Part shown: in pieces, positions 36,206-45,530 of the stretch
How positions within the stretch are numbered: the first letter of the stretch is position 1
Layout of the letters: each line of letters opens with the position of its first letter
Assembly: GCA_029975645.1 (NCBI GenBank)
Contig: JARKOU010000002.1
Location: forward strand, 2,987-66,986
Length of the DNA stretch: 64,000 bases
Direction of reading: 5' to 3'
Origin: Actinomycetales bacterium
GTDB lineage: Bacteria > Actinomycetota > Actinomycetes > Actinomycetales > JAHECE01
The notes under the pieces: model-generated
Database searches by the model: none
The model's input: only the letters and a program-made list of their open reading frames with translations
Told to the model about the DNA's origin: nothing
Made by a program: the position numbers and the translations under genes

Positions 36206-36697
36206 GTGCCGACCATGGCTGGCCGCACACCCGAGCCCGATGACGATCGCGAGCCGACGCCGGACGCAGATGACGTCGACCTCAAGTTCGCGGAGATCAC
36301 CGCAGCCCTGGGCGACCTCACGTTACCGCCCGACGAGCCCGACGAGGGGCGCGTTGAGGACGAGCCGGAGGAGGCGCGACCTCCGGTGGCCCCACACCCC
36401 GGTCCGCGCGACTTCGCCTTGGGCCCAGATGTCGACGTCGAGGACGACGACGAGCCCGGCTACCAGCCGCCGGAACCGCCGTCGATCACCGGCGCCGACC
36501 CCCTGTTGACACTCGGCTGGGTGGGCGTCGTCGCCCCGGTCGTCCTCGTGTTCCTCTACCTCATGCTGTGGCGAGACATGCCCGTCGGGCTTCTGGTGCT
36601 CGGCGGATTCGCCTTCGTCCTCTCGGTGGGACTGCTGGTCTGGCGCATGCCCTCGCGCCGCGAACCGGACGACCACGACGACGGCGCCGTCGTCTAG
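36206..36697 (+). CDS. Hypothetical membrane protein (acidic N-terminal tail, two TM helices)
   Basis: An Asp/Glu/Pro-rich N-terminus is followed by LLTLGWVGVVAPVVLVFLYLML and LLVLGGFAFVLSVGLLVW. No recognisable family was identified. Confidence 0.5.
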   Translation: MPTMAGRTPEPDDDREPTPDADDVDLKFAEITAALGDLTLPPDEPDEGRVEDEPEEARPPVAPHPGPRDFALGPDVDVEDDDEPGYQPPEPPSITGADPLLTLGWVGVVAPVVLVFLYLMLWRDMPVGLLVLGGFAFVLSVGLLVWRMPSRREPDDHDDGAVV

Positions 36698-36763
36698 CCT
36701 CCGGGCGCGGGCCCTCGGGTAGGGGCCCTGGCGTGCGCCGTCACCCCGTCCCGGTGAGGACCG

Positions 36764-37702
36764 TCAGGTGCGTGCGAGGTCCGCGGCGCCCACGATCCCG
36801 GCGTCGTTCTGCATCTCGGCCAGCAGGATCCGCGGCTCGGGACGGTGACCCCGCGCGGAGAGGGCGTTCCCGAACGCCTCGCGGATGGGGTCGAGGAGCA
36901 GGTCGCCCGCCGCGCACACACCGCCACCGACCACGATCGCCGCTGGGTCGAGCACCGCGGTCAGGGAGGCCGCGCCCACCCCGATCCACTCACCCAGCTC
37001 GGCGAGCAACTCGATTCCCAGCTCGTCTCCGGCCTGCGCCACCTCGGTCACATAGGGTCCCTTGATCTTCTTGGGCTCCCCACCTGCGAGGGCAAGCAGG
37101 GCGGCCGCGCGTTCGGGGTTGGCGACCGCGGCGGCGCGCGCCTGGCGGGTCAGCGCCCTACCGGAGGCGTACTGCTCCCAGCACCCCTCGTGCCCGCACC
37201 CGCACATGTGACCGTCCGGCACCATCCGCACGTGACCGATCTCGGCCGCCACGCCGTGCGCGCCGCGCAGGAGCTGCCCACCCACCACGATCGCCCCGCC
37301 CAAGCCGGTGCCGATCGTGAGCATCACCATGTCCTGCACGCCCCGGCCGGCGCCGTACCGGAACTCGGCCCAGCCGGCCGCGTTCGCATCGTTCTCCACC
37401 ACGACCGGCACGTCGATGAAGGGGGCGACCCGCTCGCGCAGGGGGTAGTCCCGCCACGCGATGTTCGGGGCGAACATCACGGTCGCCCGGTCGCTCGAGA
37501 CGAAGCCCGCGGCCGCCACGCCCACGGCCGCCACCTCGAAGTCCCGCCGCAACTCGCCGACGAGTTCCACCACCGCGCGCTCGATCTGACCCGGCTCGTC
37601 CGGATCGGTGTCCCGACGGAGCTTCGCGAGGATCGCGCCGTCGTCGTCCACCACGCCGGCAGCAATCTTCGTCCCGCCGATGTCCACACCGATCGCGTGC
37701 AT
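36764..37702 (-). CDS. glk: ROK-family glucokinase
   Basis: MHAIGVDIGGTKIAAG...ENDANAAGWAE...GTGLGGAIV...GHMCGCGHEGCWEQYASG carries the ROK zinc motif. The start is ATG 37702. Confidence 0.85.
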   Translation of the reverse strand: MHAIGVDIGGTKIAAGVVDDDGAILAKLRRDTDPDEPGQIERAVVELVGELRRDFEVAAVGVAAAGFVSSDRATVMFAPNIAWRDYPLRERVAPFIDVPVVVENDANAAGWAEFRYGAGRGVQDMVMLTIGTGLGGAIVVGGQLLRGAHGVAAEIGHVRMVPDGHMCGCGHEGCWEQYASGRALTRQARAAAVANPERAAALLALAGGEPKKIKGPYVTEVAQAGDELGIELLAELGEWIGVGAASLTAVLDPAAIVVGGGVCAAGDLLLDPIREAFGNALSARGHRPEPRILLAEMQNDAGIVGAADLART

Positions 37703-37817
37703 GTTCCCGTCCTTGGGGTCCGCTGGAAGTCCCCGTCCGGGGGTGCGCCGGTCCACCGCAGTGCCCCACCGGGCCTCGATACAGTGGGGCGCCACGTCCC
37801 CTGACGACGGAGCCAGT

Positions 37818-39632
37818 ATGGACGAGTTCCACACGCCTCGGCTGGTTTCCACCGACCCGGCCACGAGCATCAGCGACCTCCTCGTCGAGCACGCGCATGC
37901 GCGCCCGGACGCGGTCCTCCTGCGGCGCCGCATCGGTGACGCGTGGGTCGACCGAACTGCCCGGCAGATGCTCGCCGAGGTCACCTCGGTCGCCAAGGGG
38001 CTCGTCGCGGCCGGGCTGCGCCCCGGTGACCGCCTCGGGATCATGTCCCGGACGCGCTATGAGTGGACGATCCTGGATTTCGCGGCCTGGCACGCCGGCC
38101 TCGTGCCGGTGCCGGTCTACGAGACGTCCTCGCCCAGCCAGGTGGAATGGATCCTTGCGGACTCCGGTGCCCGGGCCCTCGTGGTCGAGTCCGCGGTACT
38201 CGCCGAGGTGGTCGCCTCCGTGCGGGAGGCACTGCCCGCGTTGGAGCACGTCTGGGTCATCGACGACGGCGCCCTGGAGACGCTCACCTCGCTCGGAGCG
38301 ACGGTTGACGACGCCGAGGTGGACGCTCGCCGTCGGGCCTGCGGCCTCGACACCCTCGCGACGATCATCTACACGTCGGGAACCACGGGTCGTCCCAAGG
38401 GCGCGGAACTGACCCACGGCAACTTCGTGGACCTCAGTCTCAATGCGATCGAGCGCCTCCACGTGATCCTCGAGGACCCGGGGGCGTCCACTCTGCTCTT
38501 CCTCCCCCTCGCGCACGTGTTCGCCCGGTTCATCGAGGTCCTGGTGATCGCCGCGGGAGCGACCCTGGGCCACGCGCCTGACGCCCGCCAGATCGTCGCC
38601 GACTTCGGCACGTTCCGGCCCACCTTCCTCCTCGCGGTCCCGCGGGTGTTCGAGAAGGTCTACAACTCCGCCGAGCAGAAGGCGACGGCCGCCGGGCGGG
38701 TGAAGGTGTTCCACTTCGCCGCGCGCGTCGCGATCGCCTACTCCCGGGCGTTGGACTCCGGGCGGCCCGGACTGCGCCTCCGGCTCCAGCACCGCCTCGC
38801 CGACCTCCTGGTGCTCCGCAAGCTCCGAGCGGCCCTCGGCGGTCGCGTGAACTGGGCCATCTCGGGCGGGGCGCCGCTGGGCGAACGACTGGGTCACTTC
38901 TACCGAGGGCTCGGCCTGACGGTCCTCGAAGGCTACGGACTCACCGAGACGACGGCGCCGGCCACCGTCAACGTGCCGGACAGGGTGAAGATCGGTTCGG
39001 TAGGCCCACCGTTGCCGGGAACCGGTGTCCGCATCGCCGACGACGGCGAGGTCCTCGTCACCGGCGTCCCGGTGTTCCGCGGGTACTGGAGCAACCCGGA
39101 GGCCACGGTCGAGGCGTTCACCGGAGAGTGGTTCCACACCGGTGACCTGGGCAGCCTCGATGCGGACGGGTTCCTGCGCATCACCGGCCGCAAGAAGGAG
39201 ATCATCGTCACGGCGGCGGGCAAGAACGTGGTCCCCGCCGTGCTCGAGGACCGCGTGCGGTCCCACCCGCTGGTGAGCCAGTGCGTCGTCGTCGGCGACG
39301 CACGGCCCTTCGTCGGGGCCCTCATCACCCTGGACCCCGAGATGCTGCCGCTCTGGCTGAGCGGCCACGGGAAGCCGGCGATGTCCGTCAGTCAGGCGGC
39401 GACAGATCCTTTCGTCCGAGAGCACCTGGACCGCGCCGTCGAGCGCGCGAACGAGGCGGTCTCGCGTGCCGAGTCCATCCGCACCTACATGGTGCTGGAC
39501 GGCGACTTCACGGTCGACAACGGCTACCTCACACCGTCGCTCAAGGTGAAGCGCCACCTGGTGCTCGCCGACTTCGCGGCCGACGTCGACCGCATCTACG
39601 GCACCGCGGCCGAGGCAGCGCCGCCGTCCTGA
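37818..39632 (+). CDS. Long-chain fatty-acid-CoA ligase (AMP-forming, FadD15-like)
   Basis: The AMP-binding motif IIYTSGTTGRPKGAELTHGNF is present, along with EGYGLTETT, FHTGDLG and GRKKEIIVTAAGKNV. The start is ATG 37818. Confidence 0.85.
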   Translation: MDEFHTPRLVSTDPATSISDLLVEHAHARPDAVLLRRRIGDAWVDRTARQMLAEVTSVAKGLVAAGLRPGDRLGIMSRTRYEWTILDFAAWHAGLVPVPVYETSSPSQVEWILADSGARALVVESAVLAEVVASVREALPALEHVWVIDDGALETLTSLGATVDDAEVDARRRACGLDTLATIIYTSGTTGRPKGAELTHGNFVDLSLNAIERLHVILEDPGASTLLFLPLAHVFARFIEVLVIAAGATLGHAPDARQIVADFGTFRPTFLLAVPRVFEKVYNSAEQKATAAGRVKVFHFAARVAIAYSRALDSGRPGLRLRLQHRLADLLVLRKLRAALGGRVNWAISGGAPLGERLGHFYRGLGLTVLEGYGLTETTAPATVNVPDRVKIGSVGPPLPGTGVRIADDGEVLVTGVPVFRGYWSNPEATVEAFTGEWFHTGDLGSLDADGFLRITGRKKEIIVTAAGKNVVPAVLEDRVRSHPLVSQCVVVGDARPFVGALITLDPEMLPLWLSGHGKPAMSVSQAATDPFVREHLDRAVERANEAVSRAESIRTYMVLDGDFTVDNGYLTPSLKVKRHLVLADFAADVDRIYGTAAEAAPPS

Positions 39633-39739
39633 CGCGCCGCCATCGGTCGCTCCGGCGCAGCGGTCGACCAGGCCGGCGGGTCGCGGCGTTCGCGGGCGGC
39701 GGCTCGACCCGAGGGCGCCGCTCACCCCGAGCGCGCTGC

Positions 39740-39961
39740 TCAACCCGTTCGCGCCGACTCACTGCGCAACCGAAGCGGTGGAACGAGCCCGGAGTGCGCG
39801 AGCACCGCGATCGCACGGCTCTCGGCCTCGCTCAGGTCGGGTGTACCCGGTCCCGCCGGGCGTACCCGGTCCCCGCTTCGCACGCAGATCGTGAGGAAGG
39901 AGACGACGCAGTCGGTGCAGGCGACGTCGCGCATCGTGCAGGTGTCGCAGTCGATGACCAT
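39740..39961 (-). CDS. Small (73 aa) four-cysteine protein, conserved-hypothetical type
   Basis: MVIDCDTCTMRDVACTDCVVSFL...AESRAIAVLAHSGLVPPLRL has two CxxC pairs in the first 18 residues. It is hidden in the 3' end of a 370-aa shadow ORF and is divergent from the DEDDh/GIY-YIG gene. Confidence 0.5.
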   Translation of the reverse strand: MVIDCDTCTMRDVACTDCVVSFLTICVRSGDRVRPAGPGTPDLSEAESRAIAVLAHSGLVPPLRLRSESARTG

Positions 39962-40118
39962 GCCTCGGACGGTAACCAGGACCACTGACATCGACCGCCC
40001 GGCGCCGCCGCCCAGCGCCCGCCGCCCGGCGTACCGCGTCCGCCATGACCAGCACCGCCAGCGGTCGCCCGTGGACGCACCAGCTCGACGCACGCCCTCG
40101 CGGGGCGTCATCGCGACG

Positions 40119-41939
40119 ATGTCGGTGGGTCCTCCTAGCGTGTCGGGCGTGCCCGAGAACGCGCTCCTACCCACCCGCCCCGGCCGTCGCCTGGACCTCC
40201 TGGACCGCACGCGGTCGGAGCACGGCACACCTCGCCAACTGGGACTCGACGAGGTCGGCCTGCCCTTGGCGGAGACCACGTTCGTGGTGGTGGACCTCGA
40301 GACCACCGGTGGATCGCCGGCAAGTTGCGCGATCACCGAGATCGGTGCCGTGAAGGTGCGCGGGGGCGAGGTGCTCGGCGAGTTCCAGACGCTCGTGGAC
40401 CCCGGGACGTCCGTCCCCCCGATGATCACCGTCCTCACGGGGATCACGGACGCCATGCTCGTGGGTGCACCTCGGATCGCCGAGGTCCTCCCGTCCTTCC
40501 TCGAGTTCGCCCGCGGTGCTGTTCTCGTGGCGCACAACGCGGCGTTCGACGTCGGGTTCCTGCGCGCCGCCGCGACGCGTCTGGACATGCCGTGGCCGCG
40601 GCCGGTCGTCGTCGACACGGTCGCGCTCGCGCGGCGCGTGGTGACGCGCGACGAGGCCCCCAACAACAAGTTGTCGTCGCTGGCCGCTCTGTTCCGGGCG
40701 ACCACCACCCCGAACCACCGAGCCCTGGACGACGCCCGCGCCACCGTCGACGTCCTCCACGGCCTCCTCGGCCGGATGGCGCCGCTCGGCGTCACCCACC
40801 TCGAGGACCTCGTCACAGCGTCCGACCCGGTCCCGCACGCGCGCCGGCGCAAGGCCGGCCTCGCCGACGGCCTGCCATCAGGCCCCGGCGTCTACATGTT
40901 CGTCGGCGCCGCGGAGGAGGTGCTGTACGTCGGGACCGCCGTCGACATCCGCCGGCGCGTCCGCAGCTACTTCACGGCAGCCGAGAAGCGGTCGCGCATG
41001 GGAGAGATGCTGCGACTGGCGGATCACGTGCGGCCGGTGCCGTGCGAGACAGTTCTTGAGGCACGGGTCCGCGAACTGCGCCTCATCGCCGAGCACAAGC
41101 CCTCCTACAACAGGCGCTCGCGGCTGCCGGAACGCGAGCCGTGGCTCGTGCTGACGGACGAACCGTTCCCTCGGCTCTCGGTGGTGCGCTCGATCCCGTT
41201 CAGCGCCGCCCCGATCGGCATCGGGCCGTTTCCCTCCCGGTCCGCCGCGGAGGCGGCCGCGGCGGCCGTCACCGCCGCCTTCCCGCTGCGCCGGTGCACA
41301 CCACGACTCCCCCGGAACCCGCGCCCCGATGCGCACGCCTGTGCCCTCGCGGAGATGGGTCGGTGCGGGGCGCCCTGCACGGGGGCGCAGGGTCACGGTG
41401 ACTACCGGGCACTCGTCGAGCAGGTGGCCCGGGCATTGACCGAGGACGTGACGGAGGTCGTCCGCGCGATCGGTGGCCGGATCGAACGGCTGGCCTCGGA
41501 AGAGCGCTACGAGGAGGCAGCCGAGACCCGGGACAACCTGAGGGCCTTCCTGCGCGCCGGTGCACGGACGCAGCGCCTGCTCCCGCTGGTCACCTGCCCA
41601 CGAGTCGTCGCCGCCCGCCGCGCCGAGGCGGGACGCTGGGAGGTCGTCCTCGCTCGGTACGGCCGGTTGGCCGGGACCGCAACCGTGCCCCGCGGCGTCG
41701 ATCCGTGGTCCACGATCCGGGCCCTGGAGGAGTCCGCGGAGGCCGTTCCTCGACCGGATCGGCTCTGCGGCGCCGCGACGGCCGAGGAGAGCGACCTGAT
41801 CGCGGCGTGGCTCGAGGAACCAGGCACACGGATCGTGGAGGCCGACCACCCCTGGACGTGGGCGTGGCCGGTGGCGGGGGCAGCCGCATCTCTCGCCGCG
41901 CTCCCGGGCGCCCACTCCAGGGCCGTTGGCGCGGCATGA
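40119..41939 (+). CDS. DEDDh 3'-5' exonuclease (DnaQ-like) fused to a GIY-YIG (UvrC/Cho-like) nuclease domain, Rv2191-like
   Basis: The exonuclease motifs are FVVVDLETTG, LVAHNAAFDVGFL and HRALDDARATVDVL. The GIY-YIG motifs are GPGVYMFVGAAEEVLYVGTAVDIRRRVRSYF...ELRLIAEHKPSYN. The start is uncertain; ATG 40119 is chosen and the ORF opens at 39891. Confidence 0.8.
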   Translation: MSVGPPSVSGVPENALLPTRPGRRLDLLDRTRSEHGTPRQLGLDEVGLPLAETTFVVVDLETTGGSPASCAITEIGAVKVRGGEVLGEFQTLVDPGTSVPPMITVLTGITDAMLVGAPRIAEVLPSFLEFARGAVLVAHNAAFDVGFLRAAATRLDMPWPRPVVVDTVALARRVVTRDEAPNNKLSSLAALFRATTTPNHRALDDARATVDVLHGLLGRMAPLGVTHLEDLVTASDPVPHARRRKAGLADGLPSGPGVYMFVGAAEEVLYVGTAVDIRRRVRSYFTAAEKRSRMGEMLRLADHVRPVPCETVLEARVRELRLIAEHKPSYNRRSRLPEREPWLVLTDEPFPRLSVVRSIPFSAAPIGIGPFPSRSAAEAAAAAVTAAFPLRRCTPRLPRNPRPDAHACALAEMGRCGAPCTGAQGHGDYRALVEQVARALTEDVTEVVRAIGGRIERLASEERYEEAAETRDNLRAFLRAGARTQRLLPLVTCPRVVAARRAEAGRWEVVLARYGRLAGTATVPRGVDPWSTIRALEESAEAVPRPDRLCGAATAEESDLIAAWLEEPGTRIVEADHPWTWAWPVAGAAASLAALPGAHSRAVGAA

Positions 41940-42015
41940 TGCGGACAACGGACGGCAGGCCCGGCAGCACCGGAGCCGACCGCCCCTCGACCAGGACTAC
42001 CCGCCGGAGGACACC

Positions 42016-42297
42016 ATGCTCACCGCGATCGTGCTCATCGACGCCGACGTCGCCCGTATCCCCGAGGTCGCAGCCGCCGTCGCCGACCTCGACGGGATCA
42101 GCGAGGTGTACTCGGTGACCGGGGACGTCGACCTCATCGCGATCGCCCGCGTCCGCCACCACGAGGAACTCGCCTCCGTGGTCGCCGACCGCCTGGGGAA
42201 GGTCGACGGCGTCCGGGGCACCCGCACGTACATCGCGTTCCAGGCGTACTCGCACCACGACCTCGAGGCCGCGTTCGCCATCGGGCTCGACGACTGA
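42016..42297 (+). CDS. Lrp/AsnC ligand-binding-domain-only protein (no HTH)
   Basis: MLTAIVLIDADVARIPEVAAAVADLDGISEVYSVTGDVDLIAIARV...TRTYIAF shows the AsnC_trans_reg fold pattern. ATG 42016 follows SD GGAGG. Confidence 0.7.
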   Translation: MLTAIVLIDADVARIPEVAAAVADLDGISEVYSVTGDVDLIAIARVRHHEELASVVADRLGKVDGVRGTRTYIAFQAYSHHDLEAAFAIGLDD

Positions 42298-42331
42298 CCG
42301 CAGGCAGCGAGAAGCGGGCGGCCCTCCATCC

Positions 42332-43384
42332 TCAGCGGTCGACGGCGACCCAGGAGTCGAGCACCCGCCCCGCCGCCCCGGAGTCCACCGAGTGCGCCGC
42401 AGCCACGAGGCCGGCCCGCAGGCGGTCCTCGAGCGATCCCGAGGCGGTCCCCGGCGTCGAGCCGTCCGCGACGAGCGCCGCCGCAGCGTTGAGCAGCACG
42501 GCGTCGCGCACCGGACCACGCTCGCCACTGAGCATCGCGCGGACCACACGGGCGTTGTGCGCGGCGTCCGCACCGCGCAGGTCCTCCAGGCTCGCGGGCG
42601 CCATGCCGAACGCCTCGCGCGCGTCCAGCACGTGGTGCGTCACCTCGCCGCCGGAGACCTCCCACACGTCCGCGGGCGCCGTCGTCGCCAGTTCGTCGAG
42701 ACCGTCATGGCTGCGGAAGACGAGCGCGGAGGTGCCGCGTACGGCAAGTACCCCGGCCATGAGCGGAGCCATCCGGCGGTCCGCGACGCCGATCGCCGCG
42801 GCCCGTGGCCGGGCCGGGTTGGTCAGGGGCCCGAGGAAGTTGAAGGTCGTCGGAATGCCCAGGTCACGGCGCGTGGGTCCGGCGAAGCGGAAGGACGGGT
42901 GGAACACCTGGGCGAAGCAGAACGTGATGCCCACCGACGTCGCGGTCTGCGCGACCCTCTCGGCCGGCATGTCGAGCCGCACCCCGAGCGCCTCGAGCAC
43001 GTCGGCGGACCCGCTCGCCGAGGTCGCCGCCCGATTGCCGTGCTTGACCACCGTGGGACCGGCGCCTGCGACAACGAGAGCGGCCATGGTCGAGACGTTG
43101 ACGCTCCGGTGCCGGTCTCCGCCCGTCCCGACGACGTCCACGGCATTGCCGGGCACGTCGATCGGCACGGCGTGCGCGAGCATCGAGTCGGCGAGCCCCG
43201 CGAGCTCGTCGACCGTCTCGCCTTTCGCCCGCAGCGCGACGAGGAAGCCGGCCAGGACCACCGGGCTCGTCTCGCCCGACATCACCTGGTCCATGGCCCA
43301 TGACGTCCGCGCGGCGGGCAGGTCCTCACCCGCGATGAGGCTCGTCAGCAGTGCGGGCCAGGTGGGCGCTCCGACGTCGCTCAT
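42332..43384 (-). CDS. trpD: Anthranilate phosphoribosyltransferase
   Basis: [20 protein letters not shown]...[18 protein letters not shown]...[22 protein letters not shown]. Confidence 0.9.
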   Translation of the reverse strand: MSDVGAPTWPALLTSLIAGEDLPAARTSWAMDQVMSGETSPVVLAGFLVALRAKGETVDELAGLADSMLAHAVPIDVPGNAVDVVGTGGDRHRSVNVSTMAALVVAGAGPTVVKHGNRAATSASGSADVLEALGVRLDMPAERVAQTATSVGITFCFAQVFHPSFRFAGPTRRDLGIPTTFNFLGPLTNPARPRAAAIGVADRRMAPLMAGVLAVRGTSALVFRSHDGLDELATTAPADVWEVSGGEVTHHVLDAREAFGMAPASLEDLRGADAAHNARVVRAMLSGERGPVRDAVLLNAAAALVADGSTPGTASGSLEDRLRAGLVAAAHSVDSGAAGRVLDSWVAVDR

Positions 43385-43812
43385 GCAGCGGCCTCCCGCA
43401 GCTGACCGGCGATCACGTCACGCACCTCGAGCGGGTTCAAGGGTGCGCTGATCACGGCGTCGGCCTCGGACCAGGCGGCGAGCCAGGCATCCTGCGGGCG
43501 CGCGATCAGGACCACGATCCGCGGGCACTCGTAGATCTCCGCCTTGAGCTGCCGGCAGATGCCGAGGCCACCGGCCTTGGCCGCTTCACCGTCGAGGACC
43601 AGGAGCGTGAAGCGGCCGGACTCCGCATGCTCGACGACGGCGGCATGGGTGGCCGTCTCGGTCCACGCGATCTGCGGGAGGTCGGCGCCGGCGCGACGGC
43701 CGACCGCCTGGCGCACCTCGGCCCGCGTGGACGAGTCGTCGCTGTAGATCAGCACCTCGACCTGGCCAGTGGCGGCATCGTGGCGGCAGGGAACGGCCTG
43801 CGTGCTGGTCAT
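43381..43812 (-). CDS. Stand-alone receiver-like (CheY-fold) protein, probably a pseudo-receiver
   Basis: [11 protein letters not shown] (acidic pair) and TLLVLDGEA (phospho-acceptor-like Asp) are present. The conserved Lys position reads SAPLNP rather than KP. There is no output domain. Its stop overlaps the trpD start (ATGA). Confidence 0.5.
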   Translation of the reverse strand: MTSTQAVPCRHDAATGQVEVLIYSDDSSTRAEVRQAVGRRAGADLPQIAWTETATHAAVVEHAESGRFTLLVLDGEAAKAGGLGICRQLKAEIYECPRIVVLIARPQDAWLAAWSEADAVISAPLNPLEVRDVIAGQLREAAA

Positions 43813-44038
43813 CGCGTCCTCCGGATCGGCTGAGACTGACGAGCATGGTAGTGCGGCGTCCGCTCTCCGCCGCGCCTGCTGGGGAGAGGGCTGGGAGAAG
43901 TCGGCACCACAGCCCGGGGCCGCGCTCAGGTCACGATTCGGTCACGGCCTCCGGTGGCGGTGGCAACTTGGGACTTTCGTCCGACGCATTCGCCACGTGA
44001 GTAGCCTCGAAGCGCCCTGATCAGGCAATAATGACGCT

Positions 44039-44671
44039 GTGTCTGCATCGGCCGCACTGCGCACCCCTCATCTGAGCGTCAACCGCCCGAACACGGTCTC
44101 GGTCGGCACCATCGTGTGGCTCTCGAGCGAGCTCATGTTCTTCGCAGGCCTCTTCGCGATGTACTTCACGCACCGCGCCGTGGATCCCGAGCTCTTCGCG
44201 ACGGAGTCCTCGCTGCTCAACGTGAGGTTCTCGCTGGTCAACACGATCGTGCTGGTCGCGAGCTCGGTCACCTGCCAGATGGGCGTGTTCGCAGCCGAGC
44301 GGTTCCAGGCACGGCGCACCGGATCCCTGCTGGACCTGCGCCGGTGGGGCATGCAGGAGTGGTTCGTCCTCACGTACCTCATGGGCGCCTACTTCATCGC
44401 CGGTCAGATCACGGAGTACTCCGAACTGGTCCACGAGGGCCTCACCCTCTCCTCCAGCGCCTACGGCTCCGTGTTCTACCTCGCCACCGGGTTCCACGGG
44501 CTCCACGTGATCGGTGGCCTCATCGCCTTCCTCTTCGTGATCGGCCGGTCCTTCGCAGCACGGCGCTTCGGCCACCACGAAGCCACCAGCGCGATCGTCG
44601 TCTCGTACTACTGGCACTTCGTCGACGTGGTCTGGATCGCCTTGTTCTCCGTGATCTACCTCTTGCGCTGA
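44039..44671 (+). CDS. ctaE: Cytochrome c oxidase (aa3) subunit III
   Basis: [17 protein letters not shown]...[17 protein letters not shown]...[20 protein letters not shown]. Confidence 0.9.
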   Translation: MSASAALRTPHLSVNRPNTVSVGTIVWLSSELMFFAGLFAMYFTHRAVDPELFATESSLLNVRFSLVNTIVLVASSVTCQMGVFAAERFQARRTGSLLDLRRWGMQEWFVLTYLMGAYFIAGQITEYSELVHEGLTLSSSAYGSVFYLATGFHGLHVIGGLIAFLFVIGRSFAARRFGHHEATSAIVVSYYWHFVDVVWIALFSVIYLLR

Positions 44672-44750
44672 CCCATCCCTGGCGCCGGGCCGTCTCTGCG
44701 CCAGGCACCGCTTCTCGCCCCCGCCCCGACTCCAGACGAGGAACGCCGAC

Positions 44751-45530
44751 GTGAAGGCACTCGCCGCCCGCAGACGCCATCGGTTCGCGCCGGTGGTGCT
44801 CGTCTCGCTGGCCCTGCTCGTGATCGGCGGCGCCTACGCGGCGCTGGCTCCTCAACCGGCGGCGGCGGCTCCGGCGTCGGCTGACCAGATCGCCCTGGGG
44901 AAGGAGATCTTCCAGGCGAACTGCGCCACGTGCCACGGCGTCAATGCCGAGGGCACCCAGAACGGTCCCTCCCTGATAGGCGTCGGCGCCGCAGCCGTGG
45001 ACTTCCAGGTGAGCACGGGCCGCATGCCCATGGCGGCCAACGCCCCGCAGGCCGAGGTCAAGCCGCCCCAGCTCGACGCCGAGCAGATCGCCGCACTGGC
45101 TGCCTACGTCGCGAGCCTCGGAGCCGGGCCGTCCATCCCGAGCGATGAGATGGTCGACCCGGCGCTGGGCAACGCCGCCCGCGGCATGGAGCTCTTCCGC
45201 ACGAACTGCGCTCAGTGCCACAACGCGGTCGGCGCCGGCGGGGCGCTCTCGCAGGGCAAGTACGCTCCCCCGCTCGACGAGGTTGAGCCCAGGAACATCT
45301 ACCAGGCCATGCTGACGGGCCCGCAGTCGATGCCGGTCTTCAACGACGCCAACCTCACGCCCGACGAGAAGCGCGACATCATCGCCTACCTCGTCGCGCA
45401 GCGGGATGGCAACACCAGTGCCCTCGACCTCGGCTCGCTCGGCCCGGTGAGCGAGGGTCTCTGGGCCTGGGTGGTCGGCATCGGCCTCCTCATCGCGACG
45501 ACCGTGTGGTTTGGAGTCAAGTCCTCATGA
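44751..45530 (+). CDS. qcrC: Cytochrome bc1 complex dihaem cytochrome c subunit
   Basis: Two CxxCH motifs are present: CATCHG and CAQCHN. A C-terminal TM anchor is also present. Confidence 0.9.
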   Translation: MKALAARRRHRFAPVVLVSLALLVIGGAYAALAPQPAAAAPASADQIALGKEIFQANCATCHGVNAEGTQNGPSLIGVGAAAVDFQVSTGRMPMAANAPQAEVKPPQLDAEQIAALAAYVASLGAGPSIPSDEMVDPALGNAARGMELFRTNCAQCHNAVGAGGALSQGKYAPPLDEVEPRNIYQAMLTGPQSMPVFNDANLTPDEKRDIIAYLVAQRDGNTSALDLGSLGPVSEGLWAWVVGIGLLIATTVWFGVKSS

